A DNA stretch of 64,000 nt from Octopus bimaculoides (taxonomy: Eukaryota), in assembly GCF_001194135.2 (NCBI RefSeq), contig NC_068982.1, forward strand, positions 8,440,210-8,504,209. The letters are read 5' to 3'. Shown in pieces: positions 42,965 through 55,799 of the stretch. Each line of letters begins with the position of its first letter. Within the stretch, counting starts at the first letter, position 1. A program made the translations under genes and the position numbers. The notes under the pieces were generated by a model. That model was not told the DNA's origin, did not search any database, and was given only the letters and a program-made list of their open reading frames with translations.

Positions 42965-43625
42965 GCATGCATGTATGTATGTATGTCAATGTTCAGTTTT
43001 ATTTCAAGATTTCTTGCCAATAGAGAAAGAATCGTTTTCCAACCTAGATCCAAGGCTCTTTCATTCAATTTCAACACCATCAACAGAGTATGTATGTATG
43101 TATGTATGTATGTATGTATGTATGTCTCTATGTATGTATGTATGTATGTATGTATATGTGCAGATTTGTATGTTTTGTTTCATGTATGTATACTCATGCG
43201 TATAGTTGCTTATCTAGACACGCTCATATATATCTTAAATGATAAACTTCTGCGAAGTTCTACAGATTTCTACAGTTCCATTGATGGATTGGATCTGTAA
43301 TCTTCGAATTAACTTTCTCTTTTCTCAAGATTGGTATTTAGGCAGTGTGTTACATATCCCAGGGCCCCAATAATTACAGGTATAAACCTAAACTTGTAAT
43401 CTGGATAGAGTAACTGCAGATTTCTCAATAGTTCAGCATAGGTGTTCTCATTTCCACTGATCTCCAGCTTTATGTTAACATCCGCTGGGCAGCTAATTTC
43501 CACAACTGTGCACAGTTTCTCTGCTCCATCCCGAATCATTATATCAGGTCTGTTGTGCTTACATTTTATTGAGGTCTTCACTGGTACATTCCACCAGTAT
43601 TACTTTTAATTACGGGTGGCTATGG
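42965..43625 (-). mobile_element. 5'-truncated RLE-type LINE (R4-like) with (ACAT)n tail
   Basis: Frame YWWNVPVKTSIKCKHNRPDIMIRD..CTVVEISCPADVN..YAELLRNLQLLYPDYKFRFIPVIIGALG and ORF end RRLQIQSINGTVEIC..KFII-stop; TACA repeats inside the UTR and at both ends. Confidence 0.88.
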
Positions 43626-43884
43626 TTTCTAACATACTGTATGTATGTATGTCTGTTTGTATGTATTTATGTAATATTGTATAAGCAATTTCCACAAGGG
43701 TGACAACAAAAAGAAAACAAATTGATGTGATAATATATTTAAGATCTAAATCGAATTAATTTTATGCTGAGAAAATAACATTATCATCATGCTTAATAAT
43801 GTTTTAGTTGTTTTAACAACTTCAGGAACTACTCCACTATACTTTAATATATGATATTTCATTTTAATATTTCGGTATTTTAAA

Positions 43885-44100
43885 AGGCAGCGAGCTCGCA
43901 GAATCATTACCACGTTGGGCAAAATGATTAGCGGCATTTTGTCCGTTTTTACGCTCTAAGTTCAAAAGCCACTGAGGTTAACTTTACTTTTCGTCCTGCC
44001 GAAGTCAATAAAATAAGTACCAATTGATCACTAGGGTCGATGCAATCAACTTACCCACTCTTACAAAATTTCTGACCTTGTGCCAAAATTTAAAACCATT
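43885..44100 (+). mobile_element. SINE family A
   Basis: Head GGCAGCGAGCTCGCAGAA, core and TTGTGCCAAAATTTAAAACCATTA end. Confidence 0.9.
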
Positions 44101-44379
44101 ATGTTAGTATTTAATTATACCAATGAATATTAATAATAATATAGCAATTTTCTTATCACTACTTTGCTAAAAAGGGGGAATGATTACATTGAAACATGCT
44201 CTATGTTGTCTCTTGTATTTACAGAAGTTGATTAGAAAAAAATATGGAGCTAATTAAGTCTTTTCTTTACTGCATACGTATGTCTGATTGAAATGTTATC
44301 AATATGGTTACACTTTCGCATGCGTATGTACATACGCTGATATATATGTATGCATATACATATTATACATGTGTGAGTA

Positions 44380-44416
<37 letters not shown>

Positions 44417-45877
44417 ATATGTGATTGTATACCTCTAAATTCGCTCTGTAAATTTAGAGCATTTCATGAGTAAATGGAAGCTAATCGCTCAGTATGTTGA
44501 AACATTTTTGTTATGATACGAATATTATTTTATCATTTTCTGCTTCATTATAAAACATTCACATTTCAATTTCTAATATTTATAGTGAGTAGCATCATTT
44601 CGTAAATTAACGAGCAGTTTTTGATTGAATAATTCTCAAATAAAATTTGCTCAAAAACGAGTGCAATTTAAAAGAAAAAAAAAATCTTCGTTACTACACT
44701 GGAAGCCAAGTTCCGAACGTACATATTATTTTCTTTATGTGATCTGTGTGGTTTTTCATTCCAAGAGTGTTCAGACGTGTCTTAGACAAACTTGATTATC
44801 AAATTAATTAAAAAACTAAGTAAATTATTTCGAAACTATAGACTACCAAAATCTCGTAACAAATTAGAGCAATGACGAATGTTGTGCTACAGTTGTACAA
44901 GATTATATGAAATATTTTTATCTGACACCAATATAGGTATTGATATGCCAAATGTCTTCGCTGTAAAATGTTTGCCAATATATAGATTTAGATTCAATGC
45001 TACATGCCAACGAAGCTGTTATAATGCAGCGTCTTCACCATTATCGATATTGGACTTCATTTCTTTATCTGAATTGAGAAAAGCTGCGCTGCACATTCCA
45101 TTTTGAAATGATACAAACATTGTTGTTAGCACTAAGTTTATATAGTTTCCAACATAAACATACAGAGATAATAAACCACACGTAAACCATACGCACACAG
45201 CTACTTACGTATGGCTTTTCTCACCTACATCATACACACGCATACTGAGAGATATTAAACAAAATGGCAATTTGTACAAATAGCACCCATATAGAAAAAC
45301 AAAACTATCTACAAGCACTTGCAAAGTATTAAACACTATTACACTAACAGAAACACCTCACAGCTATGTATAAAAGCTGATACAATGCATAAGGTACACA
45401 CAAAGCAATCGGGTGTAAACATCACAAATGCTTAAATCACACAAACACACGATCGTATATACGATCGAAACCATGCACGCACTGGTACATTCGATTAATC
45501 ACAAACTATGATTATGTAATCATACATGCATTCCAAATGACATACACTGAAGCAACAAGCACATTGAAGAAGTCGCGTGCATCTACACTCCTTAACGTGA
45601 GACGTCAATCAAACGCACCCTTCAAAGACTCAATGCTGTCTTACCTTCTGTCTCTTTCAATACACAATGATAGATATAGCGATATCTATCATCACACACA
45701 AACACGCACACAGTATTACATATACTATCCATCACAGCCATACTTCTAAACAGAGGCAAAATAACAACATGCAGCTACACTGCGTTACGTGTAGGTACAA
45801 ACTCGCACGCACAAACAAACACACACACAAAGAAGACACATCAAAATCAGTAGTGTTCATAAACACAATGACATATT

Positions 45878-46552
45878 TTTGTCTACTCTAGGAACAAGGC
45901 CCGAAACTTTGGAGGAGGGGGTCAGTCAATTACATCGACCGCAGTACCCAAATGGTACTTAATTTATCGACCTCGAAGGGATGAAAGGCAAAGTTGACCT
46001 CAGCCGAATTAGAACTCAAAACGTAAAGACAGACGAAATACCGCTAAGCATTTCGCCCGGCGTGCTAACGTTTCTTATTTCTTTACTGCCCACAAGGGGC
46101 TACACACAGAGAGGACAAAGAAGGACAGACAAACGGATTAAATTGCTTATATCAAACCCAGTGCATAACTGTTACTTATTTAATCGACCCCCGAAAGGAT
46201 GAAAGGCAAAGTCGACCTCAGCGGAATTTGAACTTAGAACGTAGCGGCAGACGAAATACCGCTAAGCATTTCGCCCGGTGTGCTGACGTTTCTGCCAGCT
46301 CGACACCTTACAACACAATGACATATTTATTTTTTTATTGCTCACAGGGGGCTAAACATAGAGGGGACAAACAAAGGGATTAAGTCGATTACATTGACCC
46401 TAGTGCGTAACTGGTATTTGTGTAATCGACTCCGGAAGGATGAAAGGCAAAGTTGACCTCGGCCGAATTAGAACTCAAAACGTAAAGACAGATGAAATAT
46501 CGCTAAGCATTTCGCCCGATGTGCTAACGTTCCTAGTAGCACACTGACTTAA
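45878..46552 (-). mobile_element. Cluster of three family A/B SINE units with a 16-bp motif repeated three times
   Basis: Units at about 45890-46075, 46076-46310 and 46328-46550; AACACAATGACATATT at 45862, 46312 and 46553. Confidence 0.92.
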
Positions 46553-47109
46553 AACACAATGACATATTAGCGAAGAAATTCCACTAGCCAGTATCATCTA
46601 CACATCAGTCAAACATCCACGTTAAACACACAGACTAATACATGCATTCGCACAACTACAATCACAATCACATAGACCCATGTAAGGTACTGAAGTGTCA
46701 CTGGCGACGCATGTTTAACCTCAGCAGTTTTAGGAAATGCTTTACCTACACACTTAAGAAATATTTACGGCCCAACAAAAAGGTCTGAATATTGCGTAGG
46801 GTGTCCTGCTAATGATTACATGCACTTTACCCAACACATGCACTGAGTACTTATCGGAACTATCATCAGGTGAGAAAATAAAGGAGCATAAATAACAAAA
46901 GTACGAACAAAGTTATAAAAAGAAAAGGACAAATAAAATTAACAAAATATTTATTGTAAAGGAACGAAAAGGAAACAATTAAACACATAAATATATGCAT
47001 GTATGTATACAAGTAGGAATTGTTGGAGAACATAAACACTCACACGGGCTCCAAAAGCACTTCATATATTTGTATATATATAAAATATATATATATATAN
47101 NNNNNNNNN

Positions 47110-47430
47110 AAAAAGGTTTTTTTTGTATGATTGTGTATAGAGGAATATATTATTTTGTTTAAAAGAGTTCCAACACTGTCTGTTTTTTATGTTTTATTTA
47201 CATTCCTGCAGAACCAATGTGGGGTATAGAATATGGAATATACAATATATAATATAATATACAATATATAATATAAAATAAAATAAAATAAAAATGGATG
47301 GCACCATGAAATAAAGTATTGAATGTAGATGAAATATTGAGTGTTCAATATAAAGGATCAAATATATAAATATAAATATATAAAGGCGACTCGAGTTTCA
47401 GGGCTATTTCCCTTCGTCATGGCCGGTATG
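47110..47430 (-). mobile_element. Short AT-rich element headed by a hammerhead-like motif (probable PLE 3' end)
   Basis: Minus strand GGCC-AUGACGA-AGGG(AAAUAG)CCCU-GAAA-CUCGAG-UC/GCC followed by about 280 nt of AT-rich tail. Confidence 0.55.
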
Positions 47431-47488
47431 CACGCGCACATACACATACATATATATACATACATACGTACATACTTATATATTTCTT

Positions 47489-49419
47489 TGAAATATAACG
47501 TGTCTTGAATGTGACAACGATACAGAGTGGACTATAATAGCTGTTATAACATAGTCTGATATAATATTACAGAATATAAAAATTCCTTCTTCCGACATCG
47601 GTAGGAATTGATCAAGTCACTACTATAATCACTTTTCCAACTGTTACCGAAATTTGTTTTTCGGAAGCGTCTCTGCAGTGGTCTCACGAAGTTCCTTCCG
47701 GAATTCCTCATGAGAAGTGCGTGAGAGCAGTCATGTCTCAAGCTCGTGTGTGTTGGCATATCTGCACCGCCGTTTCTAAGTTATGTATTGTACGTACAGT
47801 TTTTTTTTGTGTTTTACACAACGCTACCAGTACACTCAGTGGTTAGCCTATTGACTGACTGCATAGTAGCGTCCGACATCTGCTGCTTCGGACTCATCGC
47901 AGCTGATATACATCGACTATTGTCCATCATCGTGGATAATACCTACTTCTCTTTCCATGATCACACATACAAACAGACAACAGGTCTCCCCATGGGATCC
48001 AGTCTCTCGAGTCTTCTAGCTATCACCTGTATGAACCATCTGGAACGTCGACCACTCAACATCTGCCGCTCATGCACCTTTTTCACCAGACACGTAGATC
48101 ACATTTTCATGCTCACAACTTCCCGTGAAAAGGCAGACAGAATTTTCACGACGTTCAACAACATGGACACGAACATAAAGTTCACTATAGAACATCCCAA
48201 CAACATTGGATCCCTATCGCTGCTCGACTTCCAACTGAAAATAACAGAAGAAGGAGAGATCTACACCGAGTTCTACAGGAAAGCAGCCAGTAGAGATATG
48301 TTCGTTCACTACAATTCATCCCTTCCACTCGGTACCAAAATAGAATACGCCATAAATGAACTTACACGCATCCAGAGCAAGTGCAGTAGGGCAGAAGACA
48401 AGGTGACCCACAGGACACGCTTCCTAGAGGTTTTGAAAACGAAAGGGTACCCTATACCCATTGTAAATCGGCTTACGTACCCAAGACGACAAACACGCCA
48501 AACACACAGAAAACGCAGCAACACATGCTTCCTTAAAATACCCCATTTTAGCGAGAGGATAATAAAAACCATCCGAAGAGCCATAAGAAGGGAATGATTA
48601 AGCATAGAAGTAGCCCACTCCGGCCCCTCTCAGAGAAGACACTTCGCAAAGAAACGAGGGGCACCAATCAATGCACACTAGCTAACTTCCCCATCCATGA
48701 CACAGATTTGTGCTAACGGAAAAATGTTGTGTATAGAATACAATGTAACAAATGCAACAAGTTCTATGTGGGTAGCACAACAAGACCGTTACACGTTCGC
48801 ATCAAAGAACATCTGAATACGAGAGCCTCCTCCTTCAGAAAACATTTAGACAGATGCCGGAACACCGACAAAAGCATAACAATCACAAATGAGGCCAATG
48901 ACAGAAACTTGGGAAATCTAAGAATTAAGGAAGCTATCCTCATACACAGATTAGGCCCCCAAATTGACAACAGGCTGGAAATTAGCTATCAATATATTAT
49001 TTAGCTACATCTCGATGAGTGGAAGTTCATTTCTGGTAACGTGTTCATGCATTATTAAAGAACAAAACAGCACGTATAATACATGACTTAGAAGCAGCGC
49101 TGCGGATATGCCAACACACACAAGCTTGAGACATGGTCGCCCTCACGCACTTCTCATGGGGGATTCCGGAAGGAGCTTCGTGAGATCACTGTAGAGATGC
49201 TTCCGAAAAAAAAAAATCGGTAACCGTTGGAAAAGCGATTATAGCAGTGACTCGATCAATTCCTAGCAATATCTGAAGAAGGAATTTTTATATTCCGAAA
49301 TATTATATCAGACAATGAATAATTAAATTATACAGCTATTATAGTCCACTTTGCATTGTTGTGCCATCCAAGACACGTTATATTTCACAAACAATACACA
49401 ATACTTCCAGCGGAACTAC
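47489..49419 (+). mobile_element. 5'-truncated Penelope-like element with inverted 5' pLTR (RT plus GIY-YIG pseudogene)
   Basis: RT: DNTYFSF..YKQTTGLPMGSSLS..FTRHVDHIF (YVDD decayed)..IKFTIEH..LSLLDF..FYRK..GYP, stop at 48597. GIY-YIG: VYRIQCNKCNKFYVGSTTRPLHVRIKEH..LRIKEAILI (48729-49004). 47489-47803 is an inverted copy of 49063-49387. Confidence 0.95.
49268..49309 (+). ncRNA. Minimal type-I hammerhead motif, CUGAAGA variant, in the PLE 3' pLTR
   Basis: AUAU-CUGAAGA-A-GGAAU(UUUUAU)AUUCC-GAAA-UA-UU/AUAU(C); palindromic stem III AAUAUU. Confidence 0.65.
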
Positions 49420-49864
49420 TATATNNNNNNNNNNNNNNNNNNNNNNNNNNNNNNNNNNNNNNNNNNNNNNNNNNNNNNNNNNNNNNNNNNNNNNNNNNNN
49501 NNNNNNNNNNNNNNNNNNNNNNNNNNNNNNNNNNNNNNNNNNNNNNNNNNNNNNNNNNNNNNNNNNNNNNNNNNNNNNNNNNNNNNNNNNNNNNNNNNNN
49601 NNNNNNNNNNNNNNNNNNNNNNNNNNNNNNNNNNNNNNNNNNNNNNNNNNNNNNNNNNNNNNNNNNNNNNNNNNNNNNNNNNNNNNNNNNNNNNNNNNNN
49701 NNNNNNNNNNNNNNNNNNNNNNNNNNNNNNNNNNNNNNNNNNNNNNNNNNNNNNNNNNNNNNNNNNNNNNNNNNNNNNNNNNNNNNNNNNNNNNNNNNNN
49801 NNNNNNNNNNNNNNNNNNNNNNNNNNNNNNNNNNNNNNNNNTATATATATATATATATATATAT

Positions 49865-50245
49865 ACATACTTTGATAGGTTTCGGCCAATATTGGCCCAG
49901 GCCATGTTTAACTTAATAGCACCACCTGGCAAAGTCATTCAAATCAGGAATCTCATTGCATGGCCCACTCAATTAGAGAGTTATTGTTTACGGAGACTAA
50001 TCGGAGTGTAGGAGGTTTATCCGGAATTTCTTGAAAGAATATGTCCAAAGGCTTCTTGAACTTTATGGGGTCTGTTTCTGCTTTAATGTGTTTAGGTGTA
50101 ATGTTAAAGAGAGCGGAGACAATTGAGGCGAAATAATTGTGCCGTATTGTTGTTATGAGACGCGAGTGTGATTTATGTGGTGGCCGGATAGCACGGGGGC
50201 CAAGCCTTGAGTGTATCTTAAAGGTGATGCCAACATCATTCACAC
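49865..50245 (-). mobile_element. CR1/L2-type LINE 3' end
   Basis: Frame ITTIRHNYFASIVSALFNITPKHIK..KFKKPLDIFFQEIPDKP..NNSLIEW resembles the typical ORF2 C-terminus (F..RGP.LFN.LP..I..FK..LD.FL..IPD.P). Confidence 0.7.
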
Positions 50246-51221
50246 GCATATATATATATATATATATANNNNNNNNNNNNNNNNNNNNNNNNNNNNNNNN
50301 NNNNNNNNNNNNNNNNNNNNNNNNNNNNNNNNNNNNNNNNNNNNNNNNNNNNNNNNNNNNNNNNNNNNNNNNNNNNNNNNNNNNNNNNNNNNNNNNNNNN
50401 NNNNNNNNNNNNNNNNNNNNNNNNNNNNNNNNNNNNNNNNNNNNNNNNNNNNNNNNNNNNNNNNNNNNNNNNNNNNNNNNNNNNNNNNNNNNNNNNNNNN
50501 NNNNNNNNNNNNNNNNNNNNNNNNNNNNNNNNNNNNNNNNNNNNNNNNNNNNNNNNNNNNNNNNNNNNNNNNNNNNNNNNNNNNNNNNNNNNNNNNNNNN
50601 NNNNNNNNNNNNNNNNNNNNNNNNNNNNNNNNNNNNNNNNNNNNNNNNNNNNNNNNNNNNNNNNNNNNNNNNNNNNNNNNNNNNNNNNNNNNNNNNNNNN
50701 NNNNNNNNNNNNNNNNNNNNNNNNNNNNNNNNNNNNNNNNNNNNNNNNNNNNNNNNNNNNNNNNNNNNNNNNNNNNNNNNNNNNNNNNNNNNNNNNNNNN
50801 NNNNNNNNNNNNNNNNNNNNNNNNNNNNNNNNNNNNNNNNNNNNNNNNNNNNNNNNNNNNNNNNNNNNNNNNNNNNNNNNNNNNNNNNNNNNNNNNNNNN
50901 NNNNNNNNNNNNNNNNNNNNNNNNNNNNNNNNNNNNNNNNNNNNNNNNNNNNNNNNNNNNNNNNNNNNNNNNNNNNNNNNNNNNNNNNNNNNNNNNNNNN
51001 NNNNNNNNNNNNNNNNNNNNNNNNNNNNNNNNNNNNNNNNNNNNNNNNNNNNNNNNNNNNNNNNNNNNNNNNNNNNNNNNNNNNNNNNNNNNNNNNNNNN
51101 NNNNNNNNNNNNNNNNNNNNNNNNNNNNNNNNNNNNNNNNNNNNNNNNNNNNNNNNNNNNNNNNNNNNNNNNNNNNNNNNNNNNNNNNNNNNNNNNNNNN
51201 NNNNNNNNNNNNNNNNNNNNN

Positions 51222-51255
<34 letters not shown>

Positions 51256-51729
51256 TTATACAGATCACATTCACATCCATAAATAAACATACAAACATAC
51301 ATATATATATATATACATACACGCACTCATGCATATATATGTGTGTCTGTGAGTGCATAACCTATTAACCATTTATCCCTTATAAATTGTTATCTTTCCT
51401 GTTCGTAAATAGATACTTTTCAGTTACTTAAGTCTTTGCGAGATGGTTATACTATATCTATATGACCGTATAGATATTTGTGTATGTGTGCATGTATGCA
51501 CATAGATAAATATGTGTATGTATCTGTACACGTCTTTATTTTTTCTGATTCTCGGCTTATAATTGATATATAGGTAGCATGTTTATCTTTCCAGTATTCC
51601 ATAAGTAAATGCCCAGAGCAGTCTTTATAGAAACTGCCTAAGTCAATAATTAAGTACATGAATATTAAAACTGATTCTATGTAATCTCTCCTTTTTAATG
51701 TTGAAAACTGATATATATACACATTGACA

Positions 51730-51790
<61 letters not shown>

Positions 51791-52165
51791 CACACAGTGG
51801 AGGACATAAAACCCATTCAATAAATGGGTTTTAATCACTCCCTTCACAGGAACACACAGATATTTATTTTAGAGTAGACACCCCTTCTCTCACTGTCTAG
51901 ATCTATTCCAAACAATATTTAAAGAAGACTTCAGCGAAAATTCTCCAGACATGTTCTTGACACCAGACAGAAGGTCAACCGTTTTTAATTCAAAGTTTTC
52001 ACATTTTTATAAAAAATTTTTTACTGATAATTGATAAGATGAAATACATCGAAACCGGTAATATTAATATTTCTGTTTATATAATATTTCATTAAATTCC
52101 GTCTTAAATTGAAATGTCTTGGACTTCTGTGCTATTTCCACCTCCATCTTATATATATATATATT

Positions 52166-52222
<57 letters not shown>

Positions 52223-53179
52223 AGCGGCAGCATGAGCGATTGTATCCTTTAGTGGTCCGCATTGTAGATTTTTAATTTTGACTGCTCATTTTGCTAGTAA
52301 AATTATATGGATCTAATCCACGTGATGGTTGGGTCCATTTAGTTTTACTTAGACCACCCACATCTTTAACGTAATGGACTGGCCTTGCCTGGCGTCTGTT
52401 CGTCAGTTATAAAATTGGAAGTTCTGGCTTGTTAAATCCCTGGGAGGAGACTTTTTACTACGAGCGACCAAGGAGCTTTTCGTGAAAAGTAGGATTTTAA
52501 GTTGTACTCTGAATAGATTTCAAGCCAGACTCTTTGAAATTAAGCTTAGCATTTCTACCAAACACTGAATAGAAGTAACCAGAATTATTCTAACAATGCA
52601 TTCAGGTTTTTCTTTAATCTCTATTCTACATTTTGATGAATATTAGAATATTTATTGTGTTTTAACAATTGAAATCTCTTACCAGATTGCTTCATAAAAT
52701 GTCTTACCAGATTGCTTCATAAAATGTCTGAAGTTGTAATAAATGTTTCCTCGCGGTCTATTGTAATTTGTGGCTGAATTAATTTATCATTATCCATCTT
52801 AAATTTATTTAACAAACTTTTACTGCAATACATATTTCAATACAAATACTTTACCAGCTTTATATATATATATATATATATATATACTCACACACATACG
52901 CACAAGAACATAAGTACACGCATATATACCTACACGTATATAATTACACATACAAATGCACACACACATACACACATACACACGCACACATATACATATA
53001 AACAGAAACTGACATGGCTACCACTACCTATATACAGAGGTATATAAATTTACTCGTACGTATATAGAAATTATAAATGTGAAATACTAAGAACATAGTA
53101 TAATAATATATAATAACAAAATGTAGGTGATTTAGATCGAAAGTCGGGTCATGCACTATATTTCAAGCCCCCTCCCCGC

Positions 53180-53443
53180 CCCGACTGACTCCTGTGCTGG
53201 TAGCACGTAAAAAGCACCATCCGAACGTGGCTTATGCCAGTACCGCCTGACAGGCTCCCGTGCTGGTGGCATGTAAAAAGCACCCACTACACTCTCAGAG
53301 TGGTTGGCGTTAGGACGGGCATCCAGCTGTAGAAACATTGCCAGATCAGATGTGAGCCTGATGAGGCCTCCTGGCTTCCCAGCCTCCAATCAAACCACCC
53401 AACCCATGCCAGCATGGAAATCGGTCGTTAAACGATGATGATG
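53180..53443 (+). mobile_element. SINE family E 3' part with RTE-like (GAT)n tail
   Basis: Internal repeat CTCC(T/C)GTGCTGGT(A/G)GCA(C/T)GTAAAAAGCACC x2, GGCATCCAGCTGTAGAAAC, CCAACCCATGCCAGCATGGAAA..GTTAAACGATGATGATG. Confidence 0.8.
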
Positions 53444-53967
53444 CTTACACAATCCATTTATACTGACAGTACATATTACCATATATTACTAATGTGTAGC
53501 TATTATCAAATAACTGATTTAGAAATTATAGAGAGTGGAGGACAACCGACTAACTACGTATATTACCTTCAAAAAATACAGACGGTGGCCAGTAGACATT
53601 ACATTACAGGTTTAAAGTTCGAGAATTCTCTTCTAGAATGGAGCGAACATTTAAGCCTAAGCTTGATTCTTCTATTAATCAAGTTACCTTGATATTTTCA
53701 TATTTTGATACTTCATATAGTTTGGTGCAGAATGATCTGCTGCCGTACTTATTATTTAGATATGGTTGGTGCTCAATTAACGCGTGTCCCTGTCATGCAA
53801 GAACTGTTCTTTGCTTCTACGTTTTCGGCGTAATCATGTCTAGGTGTGGTGGGATATTACAATACTTGGAAGAAGGGGAAGATTGGTAGCAGGGATGGCA
53901 TCTGGCTATGAAAAAATCTATGAATATGGATAAATGGATTTGTCATGTGTATGTGTGCGCGCGCGCG

Positions 53968-54366
53968 CGTGTGGTTAGAAGTTTTCTTCCTAACCACAGG
54001 GTTGCGGGTTCAGTCACACCTTGGGTTAGTGTCTTCTACTATAGCATCGGGCCGCCGAAAGCTTTGTGAGGGGATTTGGTAGAAGGAAACTGAAAGAAGC
54101 CCGTCGTATATATGCATACATATCTCTATATGTGTGTGCGTCTGTTTTAATGTCTGATTTGCTCCTCCACTACCGCTTAACAACCGATGTTAGTGTATTT
54201 ACGTCCTCGTAACTTAGTAGTTAGTCAAAATAAACTGATAGATTACCAGGCTTAACAAAAAAATAAGTACAGGGGCCGAATTTCCCTCGTCACCGTCGCC
54301 ACAATTTCAGTACTAAAACTTCGTCAAAGTGATGCCCCAGCATGGCTACAGTCTAATGACGAAAGA
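53968..54366 (+). mobile_element. SINE family C, diverged
   Basis: Head GTGTGGTTAGAAG..GGGTTCAGTC, body GAAACTGAAAGAAGCCCGTCG, 3' CCCCAGCATGGCTACAGTC. Confidence 0.88.
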
Positions 54367-55317
54367 TGTATATATATATATATATATATATNNNNNNNNN
54401 NNNNNNNNNNNNNNNNNNNNNNNNNNNNNNNNNNNNNNNNNNNNNNNNNNNNNNNNNNNNNNNNNNNNNNNNNNNNNNNNNNNNNNNNNNNNNNNNNNNN
54501 NNNNNNNNNNNNNNNNNNNNNNNNNNNNNNNNNNNNNNNNNNNNNNNNNNNNNNNNNNNNNNNNNNNNNNNNNNNNNNNNNNNNNNNNNNNNNNNNNNNN
54601 NNNNNNNNNNNNNNNNNNNNNNNNNNNNNNNNNNNNNNNNNNNNNNNNNNNNNNNNNNNNNNNNNNNNNNNNNNNNNNNNNNNNNNNNNNNNNNNNNNNN
54701 NNNNNNNNNNNNNNNNNNNNNNNNNNNNNNNNNNNNNNNNNNNNNNNNNNNNNNNNNNNNNNNNNNNNNNNNNNNNNNNNNNNNNNNNNNNNNNNNNNNN
54801 NNNNNNNNNNNNNNNNNNNNNNNNNNNNNNNNNNNNNNNNNNNNNNNNNNNNNNNNNNNNNNNNNNNNNNNNNNNNNNNNNNNNNNNNNNNNNNNNNNNN
54901 NNNNNNNNNNNNNNNNNNNNNNNNNNNNNNNNNNNNNNNNNNNNNNNNNNNNNNNNNNNNNNNNNNNNNNNNNNNNNNNNNNNNNNNNNNNNNNNNNNNN
55001 NNNNNNNNNNNNNNNNNNNNNNNNNNNNNNNNNNNNNNNNNNNNNNNNNNNNNNNNNNNNNNNNNNNNNNNNNNNNNNNNNNNNNNNNNNNNNNNNNNNN
55101 NNNNNNNNNNNNNNNNNNNNNNNATATATATATATATATATATATATATACAGTGTACGTTTAAACACATAAGAGGCATCCGTCATAGGATTCCTTACAC
55201 GCTACAAGGAACAGCTTAAATGCAATCCACTATTAGGGATAAATTTCGAAGGGAATGAAAAATAAGAACATTTACCATCTATCTCCTGTACCATCGTTTC
55301 AGACTTCGCCTAGCAAA

Positions 55318-55532
55318 GTTCCTGAAAAGTTCCTGGCTTTAATGGCATTGCCAAAGGACTGGTTGGAAGCTCATCCTTTCGATTTCTTCTACAGGGCTTC
55401 GAAAAAGTGAAGATCTGCACTGTTGAAATAGGTGTGGGTAACAGACATGGGAATATGTTCAATAATATCATAAAGAAATGATCCAATTGTATTTTCTTTT
55501 ATCAAAAGCCAGGAATTTTATCATTCCCCCTC

Positions 55533-55535
<3 letters not shown>
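55318..55535 (+). mobile_element. Non-autonomous mariner-like remnant
   Basis: Inverted motifs AAAAGTTCCTGGCTTT and AAAAGCCAGGAATTTT, right end CCCCTCGT typical of mariner TIRs, and a trace of the transposase end (GEYV). Confidence 0.55.
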
Positions 55536-55587
<52 letters not shown>

Positions 55588-55758
55588 GAGACATACATAT
55601 ATATACACACACATCTTTGCTGATTCACTGGAATCGATTAATTACTGAAGTCAAAACACAATCATTGTTTTTAAAAACATTAATTGTATTAATTAAAAAT
55701 ATTACTTAAAACTATTATTCTGGAAACTTGCTTAAACAGCAACGCAGTTGCTATTTAA

Positions 55759-55799
<41 letters not shown>

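Noticed and set aside
52676-52728. 25-bp tandem duplication CTTACCAGATTGCTTCATAAAATGT; also a 20-bp unit x2 at about 16981-17025
   Set aside because: Ordinary slippage duplications with no spacer structure; not CRISPR-like.
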